Translations under genes and position numbers: made by a program
NCBI GenBank assembly: GCA_016871975.1
Contig: VHBM01000001.1
Coordinates: 1 to 54,154 of the forward strand
Length of the DNA stretch: 54,154 nucleotides
DNA from: Nitrososphaerota archaeon
Lineage (GTDB): Archaea > Thermoproteota > Nitrososphaeria > Nitrososphaerales > Nitrosopumilaceae
Direction: 5' to 3'
Shown: positions 26,627-35,388 of the stretch, piece after piece
Numbering within the stretch: position 1 is the stretch's first letter
How the letters are laid out: each line of letters opens with the position of its first letter
Notes under the pieces: model-generated
Told to the model about the DNA's origin: nothing
The model's database searches: none
Seen by the model: only the letters and a program-made list of their open reading frames with translations

Positions 26627-28408
26627 TTAGTATGCGTATGCAGGATCTATCTTGCGTTGAATTGCCACTATGTTGTTTAGTACAGCAATCTCTTCAGAAG
26701 AAAGTTTGTGCGCAAATTTCTTTAGTAGTTGTTTTGTCTCATGTGACGGGGGAAGAGTATAAAAAATGTCTTCTTCGTGTATTTGTCTTCCAATTGTAAT
26801 GCCTTGTACTGAACATGCAACTTCTGTGCCAGCCTTTACAGAATCTACGGTTTTTTTATCCTCTTGAAGCTGGTGTATAACTCCAATTCTTTTTCCATTT
26901 TTGTTCATAAAAGGTATTTTTTGTCGTAATGTTCCAACATCTACTTTAATTCCAAATACTGCAGGATCGTTGTTGTGAAAAACATATCCTTTTAGAAATG
27001 TGAACTTGGCAACTGGTGTAAGCTCAGAAAATATTGCATCTTCCTCATGTAGTTTGTCTTCATCAACCCATGCAGTATAGTTGTCAATCAGACTGTAGAT
27101 TACTTTATCAGTGAATATTTTGATGTGGTGATCATCGGCTTCCTGTTGTGCCTCTTGCATTACTTTAACATTAAACGCCAAAATAATGCCCAAATGTCTG
27201 TCGTTTTCTTTTATTGCCTTTGCCTCTATAACATCGCGCCGGTTTACAGGTCCAATGTCACCTTTTGCTATTGGCACCTGTACACGTTTTAGCATCTCAG
27301 TTACTGCTTCAAGTGAACCAATTGTATCGCATTTTAAGATGACACCGTTTGATTGTGTGTCGATAAAAACTGATTTCATCTCAGCCTCAATTAGTTTTTT
27401 AAATTCTGATGCTTCGTCTTCTGATTTTGCAACATAAACCGTACTGCCAGGCAGTACACCTTCTAGTTCAGGTGACGCAATTTTGATTCCAGCAGCTGCT
27501 TGCACCTCATTGACTGGTTTGAATTTGTCTCGCGGATCACGCATCTCGTCAAGTGGTTTTGGGAGAAGTATGGCCTTTGGTTTTGTTGTTATGACAGAGT
27601 CTCTTTTTGCAACTACAACAAGATTCTCTTTTGTCATATAACCATCGATTAGTATCATGTTTGCAGTTGCGCCAAGACCCACATCGTCATTTACTTCAAG
27701 AATTATTCCACGACTAGTTTTTTCTTCCTGCTCTAGTTTTTTCTTTAGATATTGTTGCGTCAGGCCAACTAAAACTGCTAAGAGTTCTGGAATTCCAACG
27801 CCAGTTCTTGCACTGACTGGGACAATTGCTACTTCTTGTTTAAAGTCTTTAACACGATAAAATGCCTCAGATTGATATCCTAAAACTGAAAGTGTTCCAA
27901 CTACGTTATAGAGCTGTTCATCAAGCATTGTTTGGATGGATGGACTTTGTTCCTTGATTGCTTGTGATATGAACTGAGTGTTAGTTTTTTTCCATCCAGA
28001 AAGCATGTCGGTTTTATTTAGTGCTATAACAAATGGAACTTTTCTGCTCTCTAGAATCTTTAGGCTTTCGTTTGTTTGTGGCTGGAATCCACGGTTAATG
28101 TCTACAACAAGGATTGCAATGTCTGCTGCAGAGCCACCTCTAACACGTAGGTTTGTAAATACCTCATGTCCAGGTGTATCAATTACCAAGATTCCAGGAA
28201 TTTTTGTTTCTACTTTACTCATCTTTTCGTAAAGCGGACCACAGATTTTCTTTATGGTCTCATCTGGAAGAAAGCTTGCACCAATGTGCTGTGTAATGCC
28301 ACCTGCTTCTCTTTCCTGAACTCCAGTACCTCTGATTTTATCAAGTAAGGACGTCTTACCAGAGTCTACATGGCCTAATACGGCCACTATTGGCTGTCGT
28401 ACTCGCAA
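26627..28408 (-). CDS. infB: Translation initiation factor aIF5B (IF2 homologue)
   Basis: GTPase motifs GHVDSGKTSLLD, DTPGHE and NKTD, followed by the beta-barrel domains. 593 aa. Confidence 0.95.
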   Translation of the reverse strand: MRVRQPIVAVLGHVDSGKTSLLDKIRGTGVQEREAGGITQHIGASFLPDETIKKICGPLYEKMSKVETKIPGILVIDTPGHEVFTNLRVRGGSAADIAILVVDINRGFQPQTNESLKILESRKVPFVIALNKTDMLSGWKKTNTQFISQAIKEQSPSIQTMLDEQLYNVVGTLSVLGYQSEAFYRVKDFKQEVAIVPVSARTGVGIPELLAVLVGLTQQYLKKKLEQEEKTSRGIILEVNDDVGLGATANMILIDGYMTKENLVVVAKRDSVITTKPKAILLPKPLDEMRDPRDKFKPVNEVQAAAGIKIASPELEGVLPGSTVYVAKSEDEASEFKKLIEAEMKSVFIDTQSNGVILKCDTIGSLEAVTEMLKRVQVPIAKGDIGPVNRRDVIEAKAIKENDRHLGIILAFNVKVMQEAQQEADDHHIKIFTDKVIYSLIDNYTAWVDEDKLHEEDAIFSELTPVAKFTFLKGYVFHNNDPAVFGIKVDVGTLRQKIPFMNKNGKRIGVIHQLQEDKKTVDSVKAGTEVACSVQGITIGRQIHEEDIFYTLPPSHETKQLLKKFAHKLSSEEIAVLNNIVAIQRKIDPAYAY

Positions 28409-28414
28409 TTCTAA

Positions 28415-28816
28415 TCACTCGAATACTACCTTCACTTCCTTTTCAAAACTTTGCTTAGAGTCCGAAGCATGAATTATGTTATCTGTGAATCCTAGCCCAA
28501 AGTCACCACGAATTGATCCTGGTGCAGCTTCAAAAGATTTTGTTGATCCAATCATTAGTCTTGTTGTCTCAATTGCATTATTTCCCTCAATTACGGCTGC
28601 AACTATCCTACCTGATATGATAAATGAAACAAGTTCATTAAAAAATGGTTTTGATTTGTGAACAGAGTAAAACTCTTCTGCTTGTTTTTTTGTAAAATTG
28701 AACATTTTTAATTTCATAACTTTAAATCCTTTTTTTTCAAAACGAGAGATTATTTCGCCAATCAGATTACGCTGTACAGCATCAGGCTTTACAATAAAGA
28801 GGGTTTGTTCTGCCAA
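28415..28816 (-). CDS. ndk: Nucleoside diphosphate kinase
   Basis: LFIVKPDAVQRNLIGEIISRFEKKGF, GSIRGDFG, and the active-site His in NIIHASDS. Confidence 0.93.
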   Translation of the reverse strand: MAEQTLFIVKPDAVQRNLIGEIISRFEKKGFKVMKLKMFNFTKKQAEEFYSVHKSKPFFNELVSFIISGRIVAAVIEGNNAIETTRLMIGSTKSFEAAPGSIRGDFGLGFTDNIIHASDSKQSFEKEVKVVFE

Positions 28817-28817
28817 C

Positions 28818-29021
28818 TTACTTCTTTACTTTGATTCCGCCCTTGACATATTTTTTAGTCCACTTTAGTTTTCGCGGATCGCGTTTCAAAACAAGCATGT
28901 TTTTTTTGCATTTTGATGAACAGGACCAAAGGACGGTTCCATCGTTTTTGACAAGCATGGTGCCAGATCCCTTTGCCACTGGTCTGTCACAAAAGCTGCA
29001 TGGTTTTATTAAAAGGCTCAA
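28818..29021 (-). CDS. rpl24e: Ribosomal protein L24e (eL24)
   Basis: CSFCDRPVAKGSGTMLVKNDGTVLWSCSSKC zinc-ribbon pattern. 67 aa. Confidence 0.9.
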   Translation of the reverse strand: MSLLIKPCSFCDRPVAKGSGTMLVKNDGTVLWSCSSKCKKNMLVLKRDPRKLKWTKKYVKGGIKVKK

Positions 29022-29031
29022 AATTAATCAC

Positions 29032-29244
29032 CTATCTGATCTTCTTTGCTTCTCGCTCAGTTTCTCTTAGCATCAAAACGTCAGACATTCTTACTGAACC
29101 TTTTACGTTTCTTGTAAGAATTCTTCCTTTATCTCTTCCTTCCAAAACTTTCACTCTAACTTGAATTACTTCACCAGCAATTCCTGTTCTTCCTACAATT
29201 TGGATTATTTCTGCAGGGGTGACTTCAGTTTCTGTAGTACTCAT
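29032..29244 (-). CDS. rps28e: Ribosomal protein S28e (eS28)
   Basis: [39 protein letters not shown]...[13 protein letters not shown]-type sequence. 70 aa. Confidence 0.92.
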   Translation of the reverse strand: MSTTETEVTPAEIIQIVGRTGIAGEVIQVRVKVLEGRDKGRILTRNVKGSVRMSDVLMLRETEREAKKIR

Positions 29245-29627
29245 TTGGCTGACTTGCCACCTTTAATTTTTTTAATTGACTCAATTACTTGGTCAACTAT
29301 ATGTTGTGCATCTCCTGCATCCAATATTGCAGCTGCTGCTGATGTTACATCAATGCCAAGTGCCTTTCCAAGATCCTGTTTGCTTGGAACAAAAGCATAC
29401 TGAGCACCTTGCTCATCACAGATGATTGGGAGGTGTGCAACAACCTCTGGTGGTTCTACGTCTTCAGCTATTACAATTAATTTGCTTAGCCCACGTTCCA
29501 CTGCCTTTGTTGCTTCGTTTGTGCCTTTTCTTACCTTGCCACTTTGAGCTGCAACTCTCACTGCCTCATAAATTGGATTTACAAGGTCTTGTGGAGTTTC
29601 AAATTTTACATAATATGCTTTAGCCAT
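29241..29627 (-). CDS. rpl7ae: Ribosomal protein L7Ae (kink-turn binding)
   Basis: [39 protein letters not shown]...[11 protein letters not shown]. Confidence 0.93.
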   Translation of the reverse strand: MAKAYYVKFETPQDLVNPIYEAVRVAAQSGKVRKGTNEATKAVERGLSKLIVIAEDVEPPEVVAHLPIICDEQGAQYAFVPSKQDLGKALGIDVTSAAAAILDAGDAQHIVDQVIESIKKIKGGKSAK

Positions 29628-29688
29628 ACATGTTCACCCATAGGGATCATTTCCATCCCAACATTGCTTACGATTGGTTTTAAAAGTG

Positions 29689-31038
29689 TTATCGGAAAAG
29701 AATCGAGTTTATCTTCGCTAAATACTCAGACATTAGTATCTTGAGTTTTTCCTGAGAGTCAGCCTCAGCATATATTCTGATTATAGGTTCTGTGCCACTT
29801 GGTCTTACCATTACCCAGTTAGTTTTATCAAAGGCGATTTTGATACCATCGGTTGTATTAGAATGTGGGTTTTGGTCAGCTAGTGTCTTGATTAGTTTAC
29901 TTGCATCCTCTTTTGAGCATGCTACCTTATCTTTTGTTGTAAATGATTGAGGCAATAGTTTTGTCTCTTCTGACATTGTTTTTCCTGAAAAAGAAAGTAA
30001 ATCTAGTACCAAAGCCAAAGTCATTGCTCCATCTCTTACCTGATTGTGTTTTCCATACATGAATCCCCCATTTTCTTCAAATCCGATCAAAGCACCAGTT
30101 TGGACCATCTTTCTTGATACCTCAACGCTACCCACTTTGGTGCGAATAACATTAGACTTTGCTTTTTGTGCCAATGTCTCAATACCTGAGCCAGAATTAA
30201 GACATGTCACAATTGTAGAGTTTGGATTTTTTGATAAAATGAAATTTGAAAGTAAAAGTGCAGATTTGTCACCAGTCAAGATTTCTCCTTTTTCATCACA
30301 AAAAATGCTTCTATCACCATCGCCATCAAAGGCCACTCCTAAATCTGATCCTGTTTTGACTACAGTGTCTGAAAGTTTTTTGAGATTACTTGGTGTTGGT
30401 TCTGATCCACGACCCGAAAATGTACCATCTATATTTTCATTAATAGTAATTACTTTACAACCTAATTCATTACACAGTAGTGGAGCAGTTACAGCTTGAG
30501 CTCCATTCCCAAGATCAAGCACTACCTTGAATTTTCTGGACATAATTTTGTTGCTGTTTACATGTGAGGTTACTGCATCAAGGTATGTCTTAATTGTGTT
30601 TTTTTCTGGTTCTGTTTTTCCTAATTTTGTATAGTCTTTTTTCCATTTTTTATTAAAGTAAATATCTTCAATTATCAATTCATCTTCTCTTGAAATTTCT
30701 ACACCGTCAGATGCAACAGGTTTGATCCCGTTGTATTGCGGAGGATTGTGTGATGCTGTGATCATAATACCTCCTGAATATCCAAGATTTTTAGTTGCAA
30801 TCTCAAGACACGGTGTTGGTATCAATCCAGCGTTTTTACAATCAAAGCCAACAGAGTTTAGCGTGGAACAAACAATTTTTGTTATTGTAGGGCTTGATGT
30901 TCTTCCATCGTATCCAACAAGTATTGATCCTTTCTTAAAATATGTTGCAATTGCAAGTGTTATGTCATGGATAAATTCCAGAGATAGATCTTCTGCGAAA
31001 ACTCCTCTGATTCCATTTGTTCCAAATAATTTTGCCAT
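29689..31038 (-). CDS. glmM: Phosphohexomutase (phosphoglucosamine / phosphomannomutase family)
   Basis: MAKLFGTNGIRG, active-site Ser loop TASHNPPQYNGIK, metal loop FDGDGDR, sugar loop GFEENGG, and phosphate loop VRPSGTEP. Confidence 0.9.
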   Translation of the reverse strand: MAKLFGTNGIRGVFAEDLSLEFIHDITLAIATYFKKGSILVGYDGRTSSPTITKIVCSTLNSVGFDCKNAGLIPTPCLEIATKNLGYSGGIMITASHNPPQYNGIKPVASDGVEISREDELIIEDIYFNKKWKKDYTKLGKTEPEKNTIKTYLDAVTSHVNSNKIMSRKFKVVLDLGNGAQAVTAPLLCNELGCKVITINENIDGTFSGRGSEPTPSNLKKLSDTVVKTGSDLGVAFDGDGDRSIFCDEKGEILTGDKSALLLSNFILSKNPNSTIVTCLNSGSGIETLAQKAKSNVIRTKVGSVEVSRKMVQTGALIGFEENGGFMYGKHNQVRDGAMTLALVLDLLSFSGKTMSEETKLLPQSFTTKDKVACSKEDASKLIKTLADQNPHSNTTDGIKIAFDKTNWVMVRPSGTEPIIRIYAEADSQEKLKILMSEYLAKINSILFR

Positions 31039-31078
31039 TTTATTTCTATCAACAATGGATAGATTTGTGCTTTAGGAT

Positions 31079-32206
31079 CTAGTAATTTTTGATGAATTTG
31101 AGTAGTTTTTCATCTATTGGAATTATGTTTTCTGGATAGCAATTTAGCATTACACCATTTTCTATTTCATGAAATTCCCAATTTTCACAGTTGGTGTTGT
31201 ATTCAAAATTAGAATTATCATATTTCCAATCAAAACCGTTTCTTATTTCTGCTGTTGGATAGTTATGTCCTCTGATAAGTGTGATTATATCATTTTTATA
31301 ATCTGTCTGGATTTCAGCATAGAGAGAGTTAGGATAAAGGTAGATCACTTTTGGGTGTTTTGTAATTGCATCAAATTCAGTTTTTGTTACATATTCATTG
31401 TGTAATACAATGATTTTATCATAGTTTTGTAATATTGAAGGATTTCTATCAACATCAATATCTGTTAGAGTTTGATAGCCAAGAAGATCAAGGATTTTTA
31501 CAGTATTAGTGTTTGCTTGAAACTTTAATGGTTTATCAAATTGAATTTTTATTGTAAGGCAAGATGTGTCACATTCTTCTCTGTAGTAGGTGTAGAATCC
31601 AGGTTCAAAGTATGCGCTTGCAGTAAAAATTGGAATAATAAAAGCTGCGTTTTGTTCTTGATTCAAAAGCCCAATTTCTTTGTAAGTTTCAGTTAACTCA
31701 TGTTTCAGTTCGAACTGTATATCTATTGGATTTCGTTCGCCGTTAACAATTATGAAATCTTTTTTGTAAGCAAAGGCTCTAAACAGTGATGATTCTCCAG
31801 CATATTCCATTTCCTTAAAAGAATCCTGTACAGTTAATGCTGTTTCTAGACTAATTTGCACAACTTTGGATTTAAGAAGAAAACTTATTGCATTAAAAAA
31901 TTCTGTGTCAGATATTTCTTTGTTTATCCAAAAACTTGCTATTTTTTTGATCCAATTTGGAACTTTTTCTTGGTTTGCTTCATAATCAATATCTAAAGAC
32001 GTGGACAGTATTTTATTCACGGCTAGCCATTGAACAGCTTGTGTGAAAAAGGAATTTGATATTTTCCCTTCAGACCACCATTTTGTATTTTGTTTAATCC
32101 ACAGGGGAATATTTTTTTCATTTTCACCATAAGCTGTTGAAAGATTAGTTATAATTAAGGAAATGAAAAAGATTGATGTTGCGAGTTTTATCACAGTAGA
32201 GAACAA
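31079..32206 (-). CDS. Signal-anchored extracytoplasmic protein of unknown function, paralogue of 6643..7503, with two extra N-terminal WIK/WW repeats
   Basis: N-terminal TM/signal segment, two ~35-aa repeats (IPLWIKQNTKWWSEGKISNSFF..., VPNWIKKIASFWINKEISDTEFF...), then the shared C-terminal domain (EPGFYTYYR.EC...VLHNEYVT..EFDAITKHPKVIYLYPN.LYAEI). Confidence 0.7.
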   Translation of the reverse strand: MFSTVIKLATSIFFISLIITNLSTAYGENEKNIPLWIKQNTKWWSEGKISNSFFTQAVQWLAVNKILSTSLDIDYEANQEKVPNWIKKIASFWINKEISDTEFFNAISFLLKSKVVQISLETALTVQDSFKEMEYAGESSLFRAFAYKKDFIIVNGERNPIDIQFELKHELTETYKEIGLLNQEQNAAFIIPIFTASAYFEPGFYTYYREECDTSCLTIKIQFDKPLKFQANTNTVKILDLLGYQTLTDIDVDRNPSILQNYDKIIVLHNEYVTKTEFDAITKHPKVIYLYPNSLYAEIQTDYKNDIITLIRGHNYPTAEIRNGFDWKYDNSNFEYNTNCENWEFHEIENGVMLNCYPENIIPIDEKLLKFIKNY

Positions 32207-32309
32207 TTTTGCTTCTTATTTTTTGTATCTGTAATTTAATGTGTTTAGCTTTGATTCATTTCATGTATAACACGTAACCGTTAAGTTTGTGTTTAAATGG
32301 ATTTGGAGT

Positions 32310-32394
32310 GCGGGAGTTGCCAAGCCTGGCCAAAGGCGCAGGGCTTAGGACCCTGTCTCTTAGGGGTTCGTGGGTTCAAATCCCACCTCCCGCA
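32310..32394 (+). tRNA. tRNA-Leu (anticodon TAG)
   Basis: 85-nt cloverleaf with a long variable arm. Acceptor GCGGGAG/CTCCCGC, anticodon stem CAGGG/CCCTG with loop CTTAGGA, T arm GTGGG-TTCAAAT-CCCAC. Confidence 0.88.
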
Positions 32395-32468
32395 TCAAAA
32401 TTTTATTAAAAATAATGTTAGTGTTGATGCTTTAAGCATTAATAAGGTATGATCTACTTTACGGTCTG

Positions 32469-33317
32469 TTGAAGAAAATAATCGTTGGCATAACTGTAGT
32501 TGGAAAAGACAAAGAGGGAGTGGTCGCAGCTTTTACTAATTATGTATTTCAAAAGAAAGGAAATATTGAAAAAGTAAACCAAAATGTAATCAAAAATCTC
32601 TTTGGAATGTATCTTGAAGCGTCATTTTCTACAAAAATTGACATAAAAAAATTTGATAAAGGACTACAAGAGACCGGAAAAAAACTAAACATGGAGGTAA
32701 GTGTACATCATGAAACAAACACTGAAAAAAATATTGCGATCTTTGTAACAAAAGAGTCACACTGTCTTGAGGTTTTACTTGATTCCTATTCAAAAAAAGA
32801 TGTTAAAGGAAAGATTTGTGCAATTGTTGGCACAGAAAAAACACTTGCATCGCTTGCAAAAAAGGCAAAGATTCCCTTTATTTTGGTAACTAATAGAGAT
32901 CAGGAAAAAGCAGAGGAAAAACTTCTTGATATTTGTAAAAAATATTGCATTGATCTTATAGTCCTTGCACGTTACATGAAGATCTTAACACCAAATTTTG
33001 TTTGGCGATATCCAAATAGAATAATCAATATTCATCCATCACTTCTACCTGCATTTCCTGGTGCTATGGCATATGCTCAAGCTTATGAAAGAGGAACGAA
33101 AATTGTCGGGGTAACTGCCCATTATGTTACCGAAAACTTGGATCAGGGACCAATAATTTTCCAAGACTCTTTTACTGTCAATCCAGATGAAACCCTCGAA
33201 TCTATAAAGAAAAATGGTCAGAGGCTTGAGGCACAGACTTTACTAAGGGCTGTTAAAATGCATCTTGCTGGTAAATTAGATGTGCGTTGGAGAAAGGTTC
33301 ACGTAAAGTCTAAGTGA
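32469..33317 (+). CDS. purU: Formyltetrahydrofolate deformylase
   Basis: N-terminal ACT domain (IIVGITVVGKDKEGVVAAFTNYV) plus a formyltransferase core (LIVLARYMKIL, INIHPSLLPAFPG, VTAHYVTENLDQGPII). Confidence 0.88.
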   Translation: MKKIIVGITVVGKDKEGVVAAFTNYVFQKKGNIEKVNQNVIKNLFGMYLEASFSTKIDIKKFDKGLQETGKKLNMEVSVHHETNTEKNIAIFVTKESHCLEVLLDSYSKKDVKGKICAIVGTEKTLASLAKKAKIPFILVTNRDQEKAEEKLLDICKKYCIDLIVLARYMKILTPNFVWRYPNRIINIHPSLLPAFPGAMAYAQAYERGTKIVGVTAHYVTENLDQGPIIFQDSFTVNPDETLESIKKNGQRLEAQTLLRAVKMHLAGKLDVRWRKVHVKSK

Positions 33318-34054
33318 ATTTAATGGAATTAAAAGATCAGTTTGATCCAGACCTACGAAAAATTATAAAAAAGCAAAAAAAAGCAGCCGTAATTCCGGTA
33401 GGTTCAATTGAACAGCATGGAGCACATCTACCGCTATCTACGGATTCTGATATTGTGACAGATATTGCAAAAAGAACTGCAGACAGATGTGGTTTTCTAT
33501 TGCTTCCTACAATATCGTACGGCGTCTCCTTTGAACATGCGCCACTTTTCAATCTAAGTGTAAGGGGCTCAACACTTCAGAAAATGATAACCGAAATCTG
33601 TATTTCTCTTTTAAAGAATGATATTAGAACAGTTTTTATCATAAATGGACACTATAGCAATCAAAAATTCCTTCAACATATTCCAGTAATAGTAAAGCGA
33701 CAGACAAGAGGAAAAACAAGAGTGTTTGTTTTCTCATACTGGCATTTTATGAGTCAGCGATTTGATCATGCAGGACTTGTTGAGACATCGCTTATGCGTG
33801 CAATTTCAAACAAAGTTAACATGAAGAAGGCGAAAAGAGGTCTAGTTACAGATGCGTTGCCAAAACACAAAGTTGCGCTTCTTAATAAACTTGCATCAGA
33901 GTCATTTACGAGAGCTACAAAAAGCGGTGTGTGGGGGGACCCAAGACGTGCAACCAGACGTGAGGGCAATAGAATTCGTACTGAAATTGTGAGAAATTTA
34001 GTAAAAGTGTGTCAAACTTGCCTTACAGAGAAAAATCGAAAGTTACACCACTGA
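33314..34054 (+). CDS. Creatininase-family amidohydrolase (creatinine amidohydrolase / ArfB-type deformylase family)
   Basis: VGSIEQHGAHLPLSTD..., GVSFEH, NGHYSN and HAG..ETS are the family metal-binding motifs. Substrate is not assignable. Confidence 0.75.
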   Translation: MNLMELKDQFDPDLRKIIKKQKKAAVIPVGSIEQHGAHLPLSTDSDIVTDIAKRTADRCGFLLLPTISYGVSFEHAPLFNLSVRGSTLQKMITEICISLLKNDIRTVFIINGHYSNQKFLQHIPVIVKRQTRGKTRVFVFSYWHFMSQRFDHAGLVETSLMRAISNKVNMKKAKRGLVTDALPKHKVALLNKLASESFTRATKSGVWGDPRRATRREGNRIRTEIVRNLVKVCQTCLTEKNRKLHH

Positions 34055-34098
34055 AATTTTAATATAATCCCTCGTTAGCTGGTCTAATAAGTGGTTTA

Positions 34099-34329
34099 AT
34101 GTCAGTAGACATGGCAGTAAAAGTACTGGATGAGAGCATCAACAAAGTTGTCTTGATCAAGCTAAAAGGCGGCAAGACAATTAGAGGAAATCTGTTGGGC
34201 TTTGATCAACACATGAATCTGCTACTCGACCAGTCAGAAGAGATCCCTTCTGAGGGCGAATCAAAGAGTCTTGGGACCATAGTTGTGCGTGGAGATAACG
34301 TAGTTATGATATCCCCACCTCCAGCATAA
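34099..34329 (+). CDS. Sm-like (LSm/SmAP) RNA-binding protein
   Basis: Sm1 motif [26 protein letters not shown] and Sm2 motif [11 protein letters not shown]. 76 aa. Confidence 0.92.
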   Translation: MSVDMAVKVLDESINKVVLIKLKGGKTIRGNLLGFDQHMNLLLDQSEEIPSEGESKSLGTIVVRGDNVVMISPPPA

Positions 34330-34341
34330 GGTGAATAACCC

Positions 34342-34509
34342 ATGGTAAAAGGCACAGCATCAATGGGTCTTTTTAATAGGAAAAAAACACACATCAGATG
34401 TAGAAGATGTGGCAAAAATTCCTTCCATAGAAGGGCTCGTCGTTGTGCAAGCTGCGGTTTCCCTGACCCAAAAATCAGAAAGTATTCCTGGATCAAATGG
34501 TATACATAA
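34342..34509 (+). CDS. rpl37e: Ribosomal protein L37e (eL37), not in supplied ORF track
   Basis: ATG at 34342 is preceded by GGTGA. Translation is [55 protein letters not shown], with the L37e GT.S.G....KTH..CRRCG...H.....C..CG.P zinc ribbon. It also fits the conserved archaeal Sm-L37e gene pair. Confidence 0.9.
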   Translation: MVKGTASMGLFNRKKTHIRCRRCGKNSFHRRARRCASCGFPDPKIRKYSWIKWYT

Positions 34510-35388
34510 ATGCAAGAAATTGCGATTTTACTAAGCTCCCTTGCTGGTGCATGTACTGCAGCTGCAGTTAAAAAATTTCCAAAGGGAAAACACACTATCT
34601 CAACTCTTGGTGCTAATACGCATATTAAAAATCAGATTAATTCACTCAAGCTAGAAAAGGAAATCCTTACAAAAACAATAGCAAGGCTTTATCAACACGA
34701 ATCAGAATTATCAAAAACGCAGCAAGATAGGCTACTTCTAAAATATCAGCATCAACTTGGAATAGTTTTAGCAAAAATAGAAAAACTGGATGAGGCAAGC
34801 AAACATCCAGATTTAGGTCCATTAGGTGAAGGATTAGTTACATTAATGGACCAAAAACTATCAACTCTAGATAAGCGGTTGTATGAACTTTCATCAAAAA
34901 TCAATTTAGTTAATGCACAAACGTCTCCAGTCAAGCATGAACAACAAGTATCTGAAAAGAGAATGAGAGAAATCGAACCAAAGCCTCAAACTAAAACAGA
35001 AATTGTTCAAACAAAATTACCCGATCCAGCTTCACTCAAACCTCACAGACCATTTGAAATAACTACACTTACGGAATTACCAGAGAGGATTCCTGAATCA
35101 TTTTTCAAAGCTCAAGTGGTAGTTCCACAAATAAAGGATGAGTTTGTGAGACCACAAAAAGAACAAGTAGAGTTTGTTCAACACACTAATGTTACTCCAC
35201 AAGTTGAACAACCAAAAGTTGAACAATCACAAGAGCAATCTAACTCGCCTACTGTAGTGAAAAAACCAGCGCCAAAGGTAACACTTCCTGAAGATGATAA
35301 GGAAGATGATGACGAAGATGATCTTGACAAGATTAAGGGCGAGATAATGAAAACACTCTCAAAGCTTGAGCAAGCAGAGGTAGAATAG
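34510..35388 (+). CDS. Membrane-anchored coiled-coil protein with P/Q/E-rich linker and acidic tail, unknown function
   Basis: N-terminal hydrophobic segment (IAILLSSLAGACTAAAV), heptad-like helical region, PQ-rich spacer and DDKEDDDEDD tail. The ATG abuts the L37e stop, and the next gene starts right after its own stop. Confidence 0.55.
   Translation: MQEIAILLSSLAGACTAAAVKKFPKGKHTISTLGANTHIKNQINSLKLEKEILTKTIARLYQHESELSKTQQDRLLLKYQHQLGIVLAKIEKLDEASKHPDLGPLGEGLVTLMDQKLSTLDKRLYELSSKINLVNAQTSPVKHEQQVSEKRMREIEPKPQTKTEIVQTKLPDPASLKPHRPFEITTLTELPERIPESFFKAQVVVPQIKDEFVRPQKEQVEFVQHTNVTPQVEQPKVEQSQEQSNSPTVVKKPAPKVTLPEDDKEDDDEDDLDKIKGEIMKTLSKLEQAEVE

Noticed and set aside
26221-26799. Track ORFs 26470..26799 (+) and 26221..26469 (-)
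   Set aside because: One runs antisense into the aIF5B 3' end and the other antisense to the VOC gene. Neither has a recognisable motif. The spacer is better explained by the minus-strand Cys-rich CWC mini-ORF (26418..26591).
34206-34595. 129-aa minus-strand ORF
   Set aside because: It is antisense to the Sm protein gene and to a textbook L37e reading frame, and its sequence is not protein-like.
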